DNA of 64,000 nucleotides from Leucoraja erinacea (taxonomy: Eukaryota), in assembly GCF_028641065.1 (NCBI RefSeq), contig NC_073398.1, forward strand, positions 18,786,001 to 18,850,000, given 5' to 3'. This document shows positions 14,147 through 28,679 of the stretch, piece by piece. The notes under the pieces are model-generated. The model saw only the letters and a program-made list of their open reading frames with translations, was not told the origin of the DNA and ran no database searches. Position numbers and translations under genes: made by a program. The stretch's first letter is position 1. Each line of letters begins with the position of its first letter.

Positions 14147-14450
14147 TGGTGCAGCTGGTAGAGCTGTTGCCTTACAGCACTAGTGACCCAGGTTCGATCC
14201 TGACCTTGGGTGCTGTCTGTGCAGAATTTGCAGGTTTTGCCTGTGACACCATGGGTTCTCTCCGGGTGCTCCGGTTTCCTCCCACATCTCAAAGATGTGT
14301 GGGTTTGTAAGTTAATAGACCTCTGCAAATTGCCTCTGGTGTGTAGGGAGTGGATGAGAAAGTGGAATAGCATAGAACTGGTGTAAACAGGTAATCAATA
14401 GTCAGCGTGGACTTGGTGGGCTGAAAGGCTTGACTCCATGCCCTCTAAAA
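14147..14450 (+). mobile_element. HE1-like V-SINE
   Basis: Head, V core, tail. Confidence 0.85.
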
Positions 14451-15149
14451 ACAAAATAAAAATGTCTATAGCTTTACATTCCTTTTCCCAGCCATTGTTC
14501 ATAGAAGAATATCCACACTCGCTTTCTTCAAGAACTTCTTCATACTAAATTTTCCTTCACTTATATTCCTTCATGCAAAGTATTGTCTGTCATTTCAATG
14601 AACAATAAATCTTGACCTGCTGTGTATGGATAGGCATAGAGACAGAAATATGCTTAATTTACAACTCAACTAGATTGCCCACAGTGACTATTCATATTTG
14701 TGCGAGCTATGAGCTTCAACTCTAATTTGCAGCACCAATTTAAAAAGAGTATTAAAAGAGTATACCAGTGATAAGTTGTCTGAGGACTTTACGTAAGTAA
14801 ATGTGACTTTATGTAAGTAAACCAAACTGCAAGTAACACTATATAGCATGAAATTGAAAATGCAGGAAATGTTAGGCAGGAAATAATGGGTGCGGAAAAC
14901 AAAATTGCATTGGCATTTCAGACTGATGGCCTTCCATCAATTCTGATTAAATATCATCAACCTGAAACATTAACTCTACTTCTGACTCCACAAATGCTGA
15001 GTGTTTTTGATAGTTTCTATTTTTCTTCAAATTTTATTCATGCGCAGTATTTTGCTTTTGAACAATTTGTGGCATCACACAGCAAACAACCAAAAGCACT
15101 GGATTTTCTTATTCAAAATGGGAGGCTAAAAATACTTGCCCATACAATG

Positions 15150-15332
15150 GAGGAGCGAACAGGAGGGACTGTAGATGCTAGTTTACAAAAAAAGTCATAA
15201 AGTAACAGAGTAACTCAACAGGTCAGGCAGCGTCTTTGAAGAAGTGTCCCGACCCGAAACGTCACCTATTCCTGTCCTTCAGGGATTTTCCTGACCCCCT
15301 GAGTGACTCCCAGCACTTTGTGTCTTTTTTTT
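15150..15332. mobile_element. Penelope pLTR inverted pair with hammerhead-like motif (15237-15263)
   Basis: Minus-strand pLTR piece joined to plus-strand pLTR. Confidence 0.7.
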
Positions 15333-16599
15333 TGCTCATACATGAGTTATATTTCTTCTCAAGTTAATTCTATCAGATCATTGTCAATATTTGATCACTT
15401 TCGATACCCATTAAAAATATCTAAAACCGCTCTTTAGGACCATAGTTTCACTTGGCTGATTTTGATGTCACTGCCTTCTGAAATGTTAAAGCACAGCTTA
15501 CAGCGCCTTCTGTCATCTTCACAATACAGCGGTCGGTGCAGGATCGACCCCTTAGAATGCAAAACCACAGCCAGATAGTAACCTTATCAACTGAGAAACA
15601 AAGAGAGATTAAAGACAAGGCCTCTCCTATAAATTACTTTTTTTTATCAGAGCTCAGCAGTATTTCAATTGATCTAGATTTGTGCATTTGTCACATTTCT
15701 CGACCACAGGAAATCAATGCTGGAAGAGCTATTGCACTCGTGCCAAACAGTCTTTGATCAACAAAGTTGATGTATTTCAGACGGACTCCAGTGTTCAGTC
15801 TCTGCTAACAAGGTTTTTTTGAAGTCCAGTGAATTAGCTCCCCTTTTTTAGGCCATGTATTTACTTATCAGGAATAACCTGTGAAATTATGTTGGATGTA
15901 ACATTGTGATTTAAATCTCCACAGAAGATTGACTGATTACAAGATTTCACAGTCAAGATGTGGGTGTTGCACAAAGTATCTGCCTTCTATATATATCTGA
16001 TGTTGTCAAAGGCACCAGAGACTGAGTTTGCCATGCAATTATGCAATTATTTATTTATTCTTATACACCATTTTCCTGCCTTTAATGTATTTGGAAATAT
16101 CATTGAATTTCAGCATGAAAATTATTATGATGATTAAATGTGTAGTGTAATTATGAAAAGCAGCATTAATTTTGTTTTTCTTTGTTCATCTCCATCACAA
16201 CAAAGAATTACCAGGAGGACAACCAGGAAAACAACAAGTACTCAACCCTCGTGCCCCTTACTTTAAACCCATACTCTCTAATATTAGACATTTCTCATAC
16301 ACAACAAAGTTTCTCACTGTCGACCTCTGCCTCTCCTATCAATGCCTTGCTCATACCATCTCTGAGCCAGGGAAATGTATTAACATCACAGAAGCAAAAC
16401 CCCATTGAATGGGTTTGTAATTATGCAGCAATATAACTTACCATGGTTTAACTAATAATACATGCTTGCATTCAGCAATTTCACTCTACACAAGGGAAGC
16501 CTGGTGGCAAATTGGCACTTTCTTAACTAACAATGGCAAAAAGGAGCCAGCAACTCATCACAATTCACAAGGTATTTCCGCCTTGCCAAAAGTATATGT

Positions 16600-16900
16600 A
16601 TGGGCGGGGAGAGGGGTGTGTGGGCAAGGGGTGTGTGAGAAAGGGGTGTGTGTGGGCAGGGGGAGGGTTATGAGTGGTGTGTGGAAGGGAGGGGTGTGTG
16701 GAGGGGGGGGGTGTGTGGGGGGGGGGGGTTGGGGTGTGGGAGGTGGGGGGAATGAGTGTGTGGGGGGGCAGGGGGGGAGAGAGAGCTCGGAGAAAAGATG
16801 AGGAAGAGCCATGGGGGGAGAGTACGGTATTATGGGGGAGGGGGCAGGATCCAGCAAAGGGGACCAGAGTGGAAGGGGTTGGGGATGTGATGGGGACTCA
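16600..16900. repeat. G/GT-rich low-complexity tract
   Basis: Runs of GGG and GTGT. Confidence 0.85.
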
Positions 16901-17029
16901 CAGCGGTCGCTGGTCGCTTCGCTGGTCGTTCTCCTCCGCACGGCTTTGGACTCAATCAGCACGGCTTGTGGACTCAGACCTGCCTCCAGGGCTTTATTCT
17001 CCTTGCCCCGCCCGGTGATTAGCAGCAGG

Positions 17030-17272
17030 TGCCGGAAGGGGCGTTACCTTCATGGTGACTGACAGGCGAGAAGACCAGTCTGCTGATCTCACAATCTTTT
17101 AAACCTTCATAACTTTTGTAATCTTCCACCCATCGGGACAAAACTTGGTGCGCTTGGAGCAGAGGACAAGAGTGAGTGGAGAAAATATCCCAGCGATATA
17201 GGGTACCGTTTTTGCACACATTAAAATAAAACACAAACCAGAAGAGGACAAGATGAGAGTTTTAGTAATAGC
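17030..17272 (-). mobile_element. Helitron 5' segment (non-autonomous)
   Basis: Reverse complement matches 42336-42565 (AAGGTAACGCCCCTTCCGG; CTATTACTAAAACTCTCATCTTG-like 5' end). Confidence 0.7.
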
Positions 17273-19189
17273 ATCGGTTTTGACAGGTATGGAAATGAGT
17301 AGGACATGGAAGGATATGGAATAAATGCAGCCAATTTGGCTTTGTACAGACAGGCATGATGGTTGGCAGAGATATGGAGGGCTATAAAGCATGTATCTCT
17401 ACTGAAAACTACATAAAGACAATTTTAAATGCTCTCTAATAACATGCTAATAATATTGTATTTCAAATCTGTTACATTTTTTTTTCCAAACATTGTATCG
17501 AATATAAGTATTTATTGCCAACAATGAACTGTAAATATTTATCTGAAACCCATTGAATGAACCACATCTTTTTGATGTAAAGTTGGATTCACTTTGTGCT
17601 GGTGCATCTCTATTGTAGTACATTTTCAATGTCTCTGATGTAGTCATTGACTTACATTGACATTATAGATTTAATACAGAAGGATGAGGTGCAATTTCAA
17701 ACTGTGTGCAGTTTATTAATATTGATTGCTACCCGGGCAAATAACATGAGCTCTGTATCATCGTTTGTACTAAAGAGCAACAATGGAATTTAAGTACCTA
17801 AGAAGAAAAAGGAAGGAATAGGTCATATGGCTGCTGAAGTGTGCTTTGCCATTCAGTAAGATCAGTACTGATTGACCAAATCAAATCTACTTTCTCACCC
17901 AATACCCATATCTCTTTATTATCTCAGTCATTAAAGCTATTATTTCTATCCTTTATGTCCAATTGTTGAGCATTCACTGAATGATTTAAAAATATATATA
18001 TATTTTAGTAAAGAAAGTACACTTCGTTTCAACCCAAAATGTCCAACCTCTTATGCCATTCATTTGAAACTTTCCAGCTAGGGGCAATAATTCTTGATTA
18101 GATCGCCTATTCCTTACCTCCAGTCTGCTAGGCTATTCCAAATCAATCTCTGCTCAAAATCCCCTTTACCCAGAAATGATGTTTGAGCATCTAGCCTCTG
18201 GGCGAGGAAAAATCCAATAAATCACAACTCTTTTACTCCCGCAATTACACTTTATTTAAATCGAAAAATCCCAACCCCTCACCCTGAGATTATATCCTTA
18301 GTTTGAAACACTCCAGCATGGGACAACAATTATTTTTTTTAAATCTAGTCCACTGCCTACAATCCCAAAGAATGTAAGCTTTGTGCAATTAGTTGATCTT
18401 ATTAATGTTGCATGTATTAAGGTACAGTGCCTTTGTTTGCATGCTATCCTGTGAAAGAAAAAAACTGTACGCGATTACAATCAAGTTGTCCACAGTGTAC
18501 AGGTAAAGGATAAAGGGTACAACATTTACTGCAAGATTAAAGGTAGTCCAAAGGTCTCCAATGAGGTAGATGAAGGTTGATGGCAGGTGATGCAGTTGGC
18601 ATATGGAGCTTGTTCTGTTACTTTGATGCTCACTTCTCATAACACTTTGTCCTTGACCTCCTGCACTTTGTGCAAGACTGAATAACGACAGTTTATCATC
18701 TGATAAAGTGACATTATATGCCTCCTTTTACCATCTAATATTATCCATAGTCCACATAGTTGGACATAGATTAATTGCTTGGTCTGTGGAGTTTTATTTC
18801 CAAAAGAAATGCAAATTCATTGAGAATCCTGAGATAGTCATTTACATGTTTACAAGTGTTTATCGGCTGGTAAATAACTCAAATTAATTTCCTAATTAAT
18901 TTTAACCAACTCTTCATACCAATATAATTAGCAGTATTTAAGACTTCAGCTTTCAACTGTATTATATTATTCTTGATATATTATTGGTATCAGTGATCAT
19001 ATTCTGTTCAAATTCATTGCCCTTTGCACAACTCTTTGTCAGTGAGGAGACCAATGTGATTTAGTCTCTTCTGTTCCGCTCAGATTAGACATCGCTTCTG
19101 TTCAAATAACTGCACCTGGATATGTGATTGTAAGTGTCTTTGAAGGTAGACACAAATCTACTTAGTTTTGATACATTTATTAGAAGAAT

Positions 19190-19504
19190 GGGTGGCATGG
19201 TGGCACAGTGACAGAATTGTGGCCTTACAGCGCCAAAGACCCAGGTTCAATCCTGAGTATGTGTGCTGTCTGTATAGAGTTTGTAAGTTCACCCCGCGAT
19301 CTGCATGGGTTTTCTCCAGGAGCTCCAGTTTCCTCCCACACTCCAAAGACGTACAGGTTTGTCTGCAAATTGGCTTTGGTAAAATTGTAAATTGTCCCTA
19401 GTGTGCATAAATAGCGTTAATATGCGGAGATCGCTGGTTGGTGCGGACTCGATGGACCAAAGGTCCTGTTTCCACACTGTATTTCTAAACTAAACTAAAC
19501 TAAA
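19190..19504 (+). mobile_element. HE1-like V-SINE
   Basis: Head, V core, (TAAAC)n tail. Confidence 0.88.
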
Positions 19505-19652
19505 GTGTAAAGAACATCCCATTATATTTTCCCCATATAAACAAAAATAAGATGCAAGCTATTAATGACAATATTGAGAAATTATGTATTAAAGCTGAAG
19601 TGGGAGGATCATTCCAAATGGAAAGGACAATCCGATTGTCATTTATATCTAA

Positions 19653-19940
19653 CTAGACTAAGTGGGACCTGTTGGGTCCCATTGCCACACGGGAGGCCTG
19701 GTCCCCCAACGCATTATTCCACCACTCGCCCATAGCCCCAAATTGCGCAGGCACAGCTAACAGGTTCCCGTTGTGATGCCCCTGATCCCCCTGATCCCCC
19801 CCTCCTCCCCTCACCACCCCCAATTCGGCTGCTTGCCCTCCCCCCCACGTGATCACTCACTCCATCCCCCCTCAACCCTCCCCATCCATTCTTAGTGGCT
19901 CTCCAGTGGCGCAGCCATTCCCGCCCATTGGGTTCCCATT
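19653..19940 (-). mobile_element. Helitron 3' end, truncated by a Rex1 copy
   Basis: Minus strand ends in hairpin GGGACCCAACAGGTCCC then ACTTAGTCTAG|T, same as 56401 and 59412. Confidence 0.8.
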
Positions 19941-20686
19941 GTCAAGAGTCAAGAGAGTTTTATTGTCATATATATCTACCGGCAACAGAACTATGAAATT
20001 CTTACTTGCTACAGCACAACAGAATATATAATCATAATAAATAATATAACAAAAACTCAGAAAAAAAAGAACAAACAATAACCGCAATAATAATAATAAG
20101 TCTATTGTAGTTCAGAGCTTATGAGGTTGTAGTCTTTAATAGCCTGACGGCTGTAGGGAAGAAGCTGTTCCTGAACATGGACATTACAGTGCTCAGGCTT
20201 CTGTACCTTCTTCCCGATGACAGTGGTGAGATGAGTGTGTGGCCAGGATGATGTGGGTCTTTGATGATGTTGACTGCCTTTTTGAGGCAGCGACTACGAT
20301 AAATCCCTTCGATGGTGGGGAGGTCAGAGCCGATGATGGCCTGGGCAGTGTTTACAACTTTTTGCAGCCTTTTCTGCTCCTGGACGTTCAAGTTGCCGAA
20401 CCAGGCTATGATACAACCAGTTAGTATGCATTCTATTGTGCATCTGTAGAAGTTCAAGAGAATTCTCTTTGATATACCAAATTCCTTAATCTTCTCAGAA
20501 AGTAAAGGCACTGATGCGCTTTCTTTATGATTGTATCAGTGTGCTGGGTCCAGGAAAGATCGTTGGAAATATGCCAGCCCAGGAATTTGAAGTTTTTGAC
20601 TCTCTCCACCATCGTGCCAAACAGGATTGTGGGTCCTCAACCTTACTCTTCCAAAGTCCACAATCAGTTCTTTGGTTTTGCTGATA
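19941..20686 (-). mobile_element. Rex1/Babar LINE 3' fragment
   Basis: LLNFYRCTIECILTGCIIAWFGN..LQKVVNTAQ..GRRYRSL; homologous to 8570-9210. Confidence 0.9.
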
Positions 20687-20921
20687 TAGAGAAAACCCAC
20701 GCGCTCACAGGTAGAACGTACAATCTCCGTACAGCATCCATAGTCGGGATCGAACCCGGGTCTACTGCCGCTGCGCCACTGCCACCGTGCTGCCCTTGTG
20801 TGTGATTGAAAGTTGAAAGCATGGGAACAAGCCCTTTGGCCCACCAAGGTCACACTGGATATTGATGCACTGATGATGTATGGTCCATTTTAGCATGGGT
20901 TTTCTCCGAGATCTTCGGTTT

Positions 20922-21745
20922 ACAATACAATACAATTGATTTGTGTCATTTGGTTTCTGCAGTCATACACACAAGAAAAAAAACCAAGACACAACACAAT
21001 TTACACAAACACCCATCACAGTGAATCTCCTCCTCACTGTGATGGAAGGCAAAGTCTTATCTCTCCCCTGCACTCCTCATTCTCCTCCCGATGTCAGAGT
21101 CAAAGCCCCCGGCGGGCGATGGTAAGTGTCCCATGGCCATTAAAGCCGCGCCGGGTGGTGCAAGGCCACGCTCCGGGTCTTGGTGTCGGAGCCCCCGGCG
21201 TGCGCTAGCAAGTCCCACGGCCGTTAAAGCCGCGCCGGGCGATGTAAGGCCCTGTTCAAGGTACTTTTCAACCCCACAACTCGGGCGGGAAAAGTCATCA
21301 TTGTGGAAGCCCCGAAAAGCGGTCTCCCAGCAGGGACCCGCGGACTCCCGGTGTCACCGTCCACCAGACCTGCGGTAGGAGCCTCCGAATCTCCAGGGTC
21401 ATGTCGCAGCCGCGCGCCACCACAGCTCCTCACGCTCCGAACTCGGCCAGCTCCGCGATGGTGGGTAAGTCCGCAGCTCTGCGACTGGAGCCCAAGGTCA
21501 TTCCGGTTGGAGGCCGCTCCATGGTGCTAGGCCCCAACGACAACGGAGACCCGACAGGGAAAAGGTTGGGTTTTCCATGCAGGGGAAAGATTTTAAAAGT
21601 TTCCCTCACCCCCCGCCCCCCACACACATACCCAGTTTAAAAAAAACACTTTAAACTACATTCAAACATTCAAACGCGACAAAAAAATGTAAAAAACGAC
21701 AGACGGACTGCAGAGGCCGCTGCGACGCGAGTCGCGCCGCACACC
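20922..21745 (-). mobile_element. GC-rich non-autonomous retroposon inserted into an HE1-like SINE
   Basis: SINE core split (..CTTCGGTTT 20921 | 21746 TTTCCTCC..); (TTGTA)n tail on minus strand; 12-bp stem-loop 21013-21045. Confidence 0.75.
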
Positions 21746-21926
21746 TTTCCTCCTATATTCCAAAGATGTACAGGTTTGTAGGTTGTTTGGCTTGGTTTAA
21801 ATATAAATTGTCCCTAGTGTGTGTGTAGGATAGTGTTAGTGTGCCGGGATTGCTGGCCGGTGCGGACTCGATGGGCCGTGGGGTGTGTTTCTGCTCTGTA
21901 TCTCCAAAATTAACTAAACTAAACTA
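21746..21926 (+). mobile_element. HE1-like SINE 3' half (5' piece at 20893-20921)
   Basis: V core and tail. Confidence 0.8.
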
Positions 21927-21930
21927 ATCG

Positions 21931-21931
21931 C

Positions 21932-21976
<45 letters not shown>
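21931..21976. repeat. (TCAA)n microsatellite
   Basis: About 11 tetramers. Confidence 0.95.
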
Positions 21977-21980
<4 letters not shown>

Positions 21981-22209
21981 CAATCACTCAATGACACAAT
22001 CAATCAAAGCAAGTTAATGATCTAAGCACAATTAATGTTACAGCATACCAGAAGCGAAATGTGCAACTAAGCTATTTTTCTGATCTATGACTTGGCTGGA
22101 ACAATCTTTGAACCTGCAGAAATACTAGAAAATGATGAGGTGATATTTAGCATCAAATGAAGTAGCCTAATTATTACTGGGAAGGATAGTGCATCCCCAC
22201 CATATCCCA

Positions 22210-22500
22210 ATAGACAATAGATGCAGGAGTAGGCCATTTGGCCCTTCGAGCCAGCACCGCCATTCTATGTGATCATGGCTGATCATCGCCAATCAGTACC
22301 CCGTTCCTGCCTTCTCCCCATATCCCCTGACTCCTATAGAGAGCCAAGAGAGAGCCCTATCTAGCTCTCTCTTGGAAGCATCCAGAGAACCTGCCCCCAC
22401 CACCCTCTGAGGCAGAGAATTCCACAGACTCACCACTCACGGTTAGAAAAAGTGTTTCCTCGTCTCCGTTCTAAGAAAAAGTGTTTCCTCGTCTCCGTTA
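22210..22500 (-). mobile_element. CR1 LINE 3' end
   Basis: Similar to 13127-13365. Confidence 0.8.
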
Positions 22501-22633
22501 ATCCCAGATGAAGTTATGTGTACGGTGACTCAAATAACCCCATTTGACTTTTAAATAAGTGGCCATTTGACAGTCAAGGACTCATGAATCAGCACTTTCA
22601 GCAAGATTGATAGCTGTAGATTTTTGGACTCTT

Positions 22634-22917
22634 GTTTAGTTTAGTTTAGATATATAGCACAGAAACAGGCCCTTCGGCCCACAGAGTCCATGCCGACTAA
22701 TGATTCCCGCACATTAACACTATCCTACACACACTAGGAACAATTTACACTTATGCCAAGCCAATTAACCTACGAACACGCGTGTCTTTGGAATGTGGGA
22801 GGAAACCGAAGATCTCGGAGAAAACCCACACGGTCTCAGGGAGAACGTACAAACTCCATACATACGTAGTCGGGATCGAATTCGGGTCTCCGGTGCTGCC
22901 TCTGCACCACCATGCCA
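22634..22917 (-). mobile_element. HE1-like V-SINE
   Basis: Family motifs. Confidence 0.85.
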
Positions 22918-25167
22918 TGATGAAAGGTTGGCCTGATGGGGAAAGGCCAAGGGGTGGAAGAAATTGGCTAAATCGTACCGATCTAGTATGAGATACTGTA
23001 TCAACACAATTTGCTTCAGTTAAGCAAATGATTAAATTCTATTCATCTACACGGCTCTATGCAAGTAGAGTTTTTGATATTTACAGAGCATGTTCATCAA
23101 TTTCTGCAAGTATTTCTTCCTTAGCATACATTGGTGACAGGAATATTTCCTGCAGGGTAGAAAAGTCATTTTGTTCTGTTTAAATTTGCGCAAAATTATG
23201 TGCCACAATTTGTTATTGTTAGCGAAGTCCATTGGGAGCTAATTACGCAGGATTCACCAGTACACCACTAATTAGTTTAACTTGTTAAAGGACAAAGTCA
23301 TGCTACACTTGCATTGCTTTTCTAGTCACAAAGTTGTTTGGGGGGGTTTTTTGAAGGTTCCGTAAGCTTGGGTCACAGCTTTTTTGCAAAAGATGTTTTA
23401 ATGAGACAACCTTCCAGTTACAATGACTTATAAATACACATGAAATCGTTCGGAAGAACGAGAAGCCTTCTGTCAAATCTATGCTTGCATAGAGTCAGAA
23501 CTCCATTCTGAGCCAGAGTCAAGAGGACTGGATAATTCTTTCAAGCAAGTCTGGTGGCCACAATGCTGTAAGTAATTGAGATTGATTTTATGCATATAAT
23601 TTGTTTGTAACGATCCACTACTCACTGCTTTGTTCCAAATAAATTATTGTGCCATCATTGAGGAAGGTTGGTGTAGTAATGGAGTAATGAACATCCATTG
23701 GGTCATAGAAAGGAGCACCAAAGCTCTTTGGTAGTGGCCCTACTGCAAGCTTTGTAGTGTGTATGGATGTCCATTACCTAACTTCACTGGGTCTGTGTGT
23801 CTGGGAGTCCAACTAGGTTTGAAGGTCAATGGAAAAAGAAGGCCAATTGCAGGGTCCTGATTGATTTTATAGGGGGTGACTGTGGAGACCAGTTGGCGAT
23901 CAGTACAGGGAGGGGTAGAGTGTAATCACGGAGCAAAGGAAGGGTTGGGAGTTTTTCAGGGCTGGGGTTGGGGATTTCAGAAAGCCAGGTCACTCAGGCG
24001 CACTGGTGTTGAAGACTGGGGAGTTGAGGACAACAATGAGGTGGCGTTCAGGCGGAGCGTTAGGAATTGGGGAGTTAGGGCACTGTGGATCAACATCCTG
24101 GGATGATCGGGAATGGAAGGTAGGCTTCAGGACTGAGGAATTTCAACCTATTTAGGGGGCTGGGCTGATAGAAGGATCAGGGACTCACTTGGCCATGGAG
24201 GAGGAGAGGTTAGGCAAATGTCAGAGACATTAAGGGTTCAGAGGCAAAGGAGGGTTGATCCGAATGGGGAAATGTGTATGTGGAAAAGAATGGGACAACT
24301 GTTTGAAATAGCTGAATTAACACTATTCGTGTCAACTTCATTGGTTTCTACAAAGCAGCAGAGATATATGGGTAAAAATTGATTGATATACATTTCTTCT
24401 TCAAGGAATGACTGAATGGTTTTGTTCAAGAAACAAGTGTACATTTGCTGATCCCTTGGTTACCGTTCCATAATTTACAAGGTTCAACCTTCTATTACCT
24501 AAAGAAATATACTCACTCTTGTCATTTTAAGTGTGAAACTCCTCTTAAAACATCACAATAAAGGACCAAGCACAGATCATTAAACGATGGAACTGCATAC
24601 TGTTGGCTATCTTAAATGACCAAAAGAAGGCCCTTCAGTCTATCATATCTGTACTAGCACATTGGTAAATTGTTCTGAAACTAATACCACTATTTCCTCA
24701 TGGTCTTCTGTTGTCTTTCCTAAATATGAACCACTCCCTTTAAAAAATGTGTTGGGTTCCAATTGACAATTCCTATTGACATTGTATTCCATTGTTCTAT
24801 CAGCACATGGCATAATCTCTAGTTTCCCTGTCCTACCCATTCCATTGAGAATAGTTTAGAATATACATCCCTACAACCTGCATATATAACCACAGTGAAA
24901 CAGTCAGACGCTCCTCCTCCCTGCTCCCACGCCAATAAATTTGCCTACCAGTGTTTGACCCAGGGTCAACAGTATTGGGTGATTGTAAGATGCCCGGCAA
25001 CTGTCTCAACACATATCTTTGATGAGGCATCTTGGTTGGCATGAATGATTTAGGCCAAAGGGCATATTTCCATACAGTACAACTCCATGATATCCACTTC
25101 TGCAAGGCAGGAATTTTCAAAATCTACTCCAGTTTCTGAAACCTTCAAAAAGTTAATTGCAGTTAAT

Positions 25168-25892
25168 TGTGACAGCACCCCCTCTGTCAGATGCCGCTCT
25201 GATCCCTATCACAGGCCGACAGGCCAGGAGAGGTCAATCACCAATATCATTGGTGACAGCTGGGTCCAACTAGCTGACAGCGGATTGGTCCACCTGAACC
25301 TCGTCAGCCTACTCTTTATAAAAGAAGATAGACTTAACGGTGGAGTAACTCAGCAGGACAGGCATCCTCCCTGGATATAACGAATGGGTGATGTTTTGAG
25401 TTGCGACCCTCCTTATAAAACCCAGGCATTCCAGCCAGATGGGAGGAGAGAGAAGAAACAGAAGAGAAAGAGAGGAAGAATGGAGAAAGGGAGAGAGAAA
25501 GAGAGAGAAAGAAATAAAGTAGAGCTCCTCCTCGCTAGCTGTGTTCCCCTGTCACAGGTTCAAGGAAGACTGAGCCTCTGGGAGAAACCCGAGACTGCCA
25601 GTTCCACCATGTGGTCAAGACTGGGCTGCCGGGAAGAAGCCCTGGATAACCAGGGGCTCTACTGAGGCCAAGATTAAGTGGCCATTGTAAGCCTGAGACT
25701 GCCAGTGCCCCTTCCTGCCCAGAGACAATGACAGACTGCGCCCATACAGTCAAGACTCTGCTCTACCTCAGATATAATGTAACACCCTTCTGTTTCCCTC
25801 ACCGGAACTGCGGGGACTTGTATGTATGTTAAACATGGGCATGTGGACCACACGAGGAACATCCAATGCATTTGAGTAAGCCGTGTGTCATA
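25168..25892 (+). mobile_element. Possible solo LTR, interrupted by a Penelope pLTR piece (25324-25412)
   Basis: TGTGACA..TGTCATA ends, ATTGG box, TTATAAAA duplicated around the insert, AG-rich tract, AATAAA; no clear TSD. Confidence 0.3.
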
Positions 25893-28679
25893 AGTTCTAG
25901 GAACAGAATTAGGCCATTTGGTTCATCAAGTCAACTGTCATTCAATTATGGCTGATCCATCTTTCCTTCTTAACCCCATTCTCCTGCCTTCACCTCATAA
26001 CCCCTGACACCCTTTCTAATCAATTATTCTTGACTGGGAACAATAGCCAAGGAGCTAAGACTTTCCCTACACTGTCATGTGGCTTGTCACCCACTGAAGC
26101 ACTGGAGAGAATGCATCCAAGAACATGTTTCTTTCTTCTTGGCAGTACAGGCTGCTGGCCTAGCCTGGACATCATGAGTAAAGTCCATGGTACCCCTGTG
26201 AAAGGCAGTATTCATTTATTTTCTTCATACATCAAGATTACTGGACTCTTCTCAAGAGCAAAAACATTCTTGCTGGAATGTTCTTGCCTTTGGCCTTGAT
26301 TTATCGTCATACCATTAGCCTTTTCAAAGAGGAAGCAGCAGCTCTGTACAAGTCAATACACACACTCTGAGAAATTGCAAAGACCCAGGTGTCTCTGCTG
26401 GCATTCCGTGAGGAGTTCTATAGGATCTCTGATGAATTTAGGGTCACCAGATATACTAATCTCTATGTTAAGAAGCATAAAGGAAACTACACACCTGGGG
26501 AAAAAACGGAAACAATATCTTGGCGACATCATCAACTAATGCTTTTTTAATCTGGAATTGAATTTTAAAGCATTTCATTGAAATATTAAGGAAAGCACTT
26601 GTTTTATGCAACACATTAATGTGGCATCTAAGTGTCTCATTGGGAGTTAGTGTCACTTCTCAGTTTCAGTGCTAAGTTGTCATTTCTTACAGCAAGCTAT
26701 CACCATGCTTCTCTTTACCATAGGGATTCAACTCCAACAATCTCAGTTCTCAGAGGAACATTGACCACAATGGTCTTGCTTCGTGCAGATATTCATCACA
26801 CCGCTGCTGGCACTTGAGTTTCACACAGCAATTTAAAACGATGCTCCTTACTTCTCCCAGTAATTTGTCACAGTGTTCTCATTTACCATGACATTTCCTG
26901 GGATGCTCTCAGTTTTTAATACCTTCCTGACACTTGTTGCAGAAACTTGCTTCAACATATTTTTATTCTCCTGATAAATTATTGCAATCGCCATTCAGTC
27001 CCGGCAGTGTTTCTTTCTCTTGCTTTGGCTTTTAATCGTCATTATTTAGAAGATTCAGATTTCTCACGGTGTTTCTCCATTGCCACGATTCCCAATGAAG
27101 CTTTGATTTCCCGCAGTTATCCTGTTTCCACTTCTCCAATAATTACTTTATGGCATCACTTCTCACAATTTTCTGCAAAACCTGTGTTATGATACTGAAA
27201 TAATAATAGATTTGCTTCTTCTGAGCCTGTGTGTGTTTACTAAATATCAGGGCAGGGTGGATAGTTGGGCAGGGGTGAGTACCAGAGTACTGAGGGTAGA
27301 GATGATTTTGGGACTATTTCCACTTTACACAGGAATTGCATTAACTTAATAGAACATGATAACATTTATTGCAATGTCTAAGAAAGGCAGGTGTTTCAAA
27401 GAAGAAATATATCCAATATTAAGCAAAATTCAAAAGTAAGCAATGCACTGGTAGTTGACGTTTAGTATAGTCAAATGTTAAAAATCAGCAGCATATGAAA
27501 AATCTGGTGTCCATACCTTCCATAAAATAACACACAATTGTTTTTTTTTAATTGGCTGTAAACGGATGCTTGTTCTCTGCTGTATGTGCTAACTGCATTG
27601 TCTTAATGCATGCATGTTGAATTCACTTCTGAAATGCTTTGACTTCATGGTGTGTTTAACATATACCGTTGGATAAACGTTATCCAAATTACATTCAGTA
27701 GATACATAGCTCAGTGCAAAACCAAGGTAAAGCAGCAATCAACAGAAGCAATGACAAACTATGGATAAACGAGATAGTTTCTCCTTCCCACGCCCATTCC
27801 GCAACACCTTTACAGCTGAGCTTACTTCTTACAGGAATCTTGCTAAATTATTTTGTCACATTCGGTTGTCAGCATCTATCAGATAGATATGTAGAAATAA
27901 TTAGTTTCTCACTTATCCTCTCCTTTTTCCACGAGCAATTCATGATTTTTTTTTGCAAGCTTTCACTTAGGATTTTATTGTGTTTTATCTTATTTTACTG
28001 CAACCCCCTATCTACGTATTACGGCAGTACTGCACAGGAGCTGGCCCTGCAGACTCCAATGTTTGTTCCAAACATGATGCTAAATTAATCTAATCTCTTC
28101 TGACTGCACATGATTCACATTATTGCTGTTGAGGGAGTGCAGCATAGGTTCACTAGGTTAATTCCTGGGTTGGCAGGTTCACTTTGTGGAAGTTGGGACA
28201 TCACTATCTCTTACTGTAATTGTGGCATCACAGCAAACACATTGTATATTACTCCATTGTGGGTGCAACATCAATTGACTTTTCAATGCAGCAAAGTTGC
28301 GCACATTGACTAACCAATTTTTCTTGAACACTAAGTCAGCCAAAGGTCACTTTATTGCAGAATGGGGTTGAATGATGTGCATGCACCGTGAATTTCTCCA
28401 TCTACATTGCTATCCAAAGGTGTAGTGCTTGGGGTCTTGCTGCTGCTAGATGTGCAGTTCCTCATGTGGGGAATAGGAGAGATGATTTTCATGCAGACTT
28501 TGGATACACATCCCATTCAATAACCCTCATTCTCCCATGTCAGATTTTTTAAAGGGCTCAGCCACTCATCAGCACATGACATTACATTGCAAAATCCAAC
28601 ACTTGGAAAAAAAAAGTTGCAAATAAAAATGACCCAAATTGGTTGTCTGGTAGCAGTGAAGCAGGTTACAACAGAACCT

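Noticed and set aside
16466-17062. Gly/Pro-rich ORFs
   Set aside because: Low-complexity G-rich tract
23418-23567. Possible plus-strand exon (CCTTCCAG .. GTAAGT)
   Set aside because: Stops in all three frames; no other support
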